From assembly GCA_003427395.1 (NCBI GenBank), contig BFEA01000022.1, forward strand, positions 3,787,432-3,836,875: DNA of 49,444 nt, read 5' to 3'. This stretch comes from Chara braunii (Eukaryota > Plantae > Charophyceae). Position 1 is the stretch's first letter; every line of letters starts with the position of its first letter. The notes under the pieces were generated by a model. That model was given only the letters and a program-made list of their open reading frames with translations, did no database searches and was not told the origin of the DNA. Shown here piece by piece: positions 49,367-49,444 of the stretch. The position numbers and the translations under genes are program-made.

Positions 49367-49370
<4 letters not shown>

Positions 49371-49443
<73 letters not shown>

Positions 49444-49444
49444 C
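49371..49444. repeat. (TC)n(AC)n microsatellite
   Basis: Direct reading. Confidence 0.95.

Larger units (their letters stand above)
38885..49370 (-). mobile_element. LINE-B: near full-length L1/Tx1-type element, inactivated
   Basis: A-rich tail 38885-38907, conserved 3' motif, ORF2, ORF1 and ~2.4-kb modular 5' region ending at the (GA)n tract. Confidence 0.92.

Noticed and set aside
1-49444. Whole window as one giant TIR transposon (inverted LINEs and microsatellites at both ends)
   Set aside because: The two LINEs are divergent families with differently ordered 5' modules, not terminal repeats.

Overview
This is a eukaryotic, almost entirely transposon-derived window with one 700-bp assembly gap and no recognisable host gene. 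The repeat style is reminiscent of a streptophyte alga such as Chara (inference only). It contains three L1/Tx1-type LINEs: a near-full-length + copy (~0.6-9.7 kb), a near-full-length - copy (~38.9-49.4 kb) and an ORF1-only - copy (~36.3-38.9 kb). It also contains a decayed Helitron Rep-helicase (~15-19.6 kb), a tRNA-derived head, a ~7-kb LTR with polypurine tract carrying a hAT MITE and two Tourist-like MITEs, and several satellites and foldbacks. The most striking locus is a non-coding, LTR-like ~5.4-kb element (~20.0-25.5 kb). It carries an intact type III hammerhead ribozyme (23970-24030) directly downstream of two segments matching the peptidyl-transferase centre of eukaryotic 25S/28S rRNA (antisense on the ribozyme strand), among covarying hairpins and divergent TATA boxes. 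Also notable are a degenerate NUDIX-like domain at the end of LINE ORF1, highly conserved structured 5' and 3' UTR motifs in the LINEs, and a ~300-nt conserved structured element shared by two LTR-like sequences. All alignments and folds were done by eye, and rRNA comparisons use consensus sequences recalled from memory.
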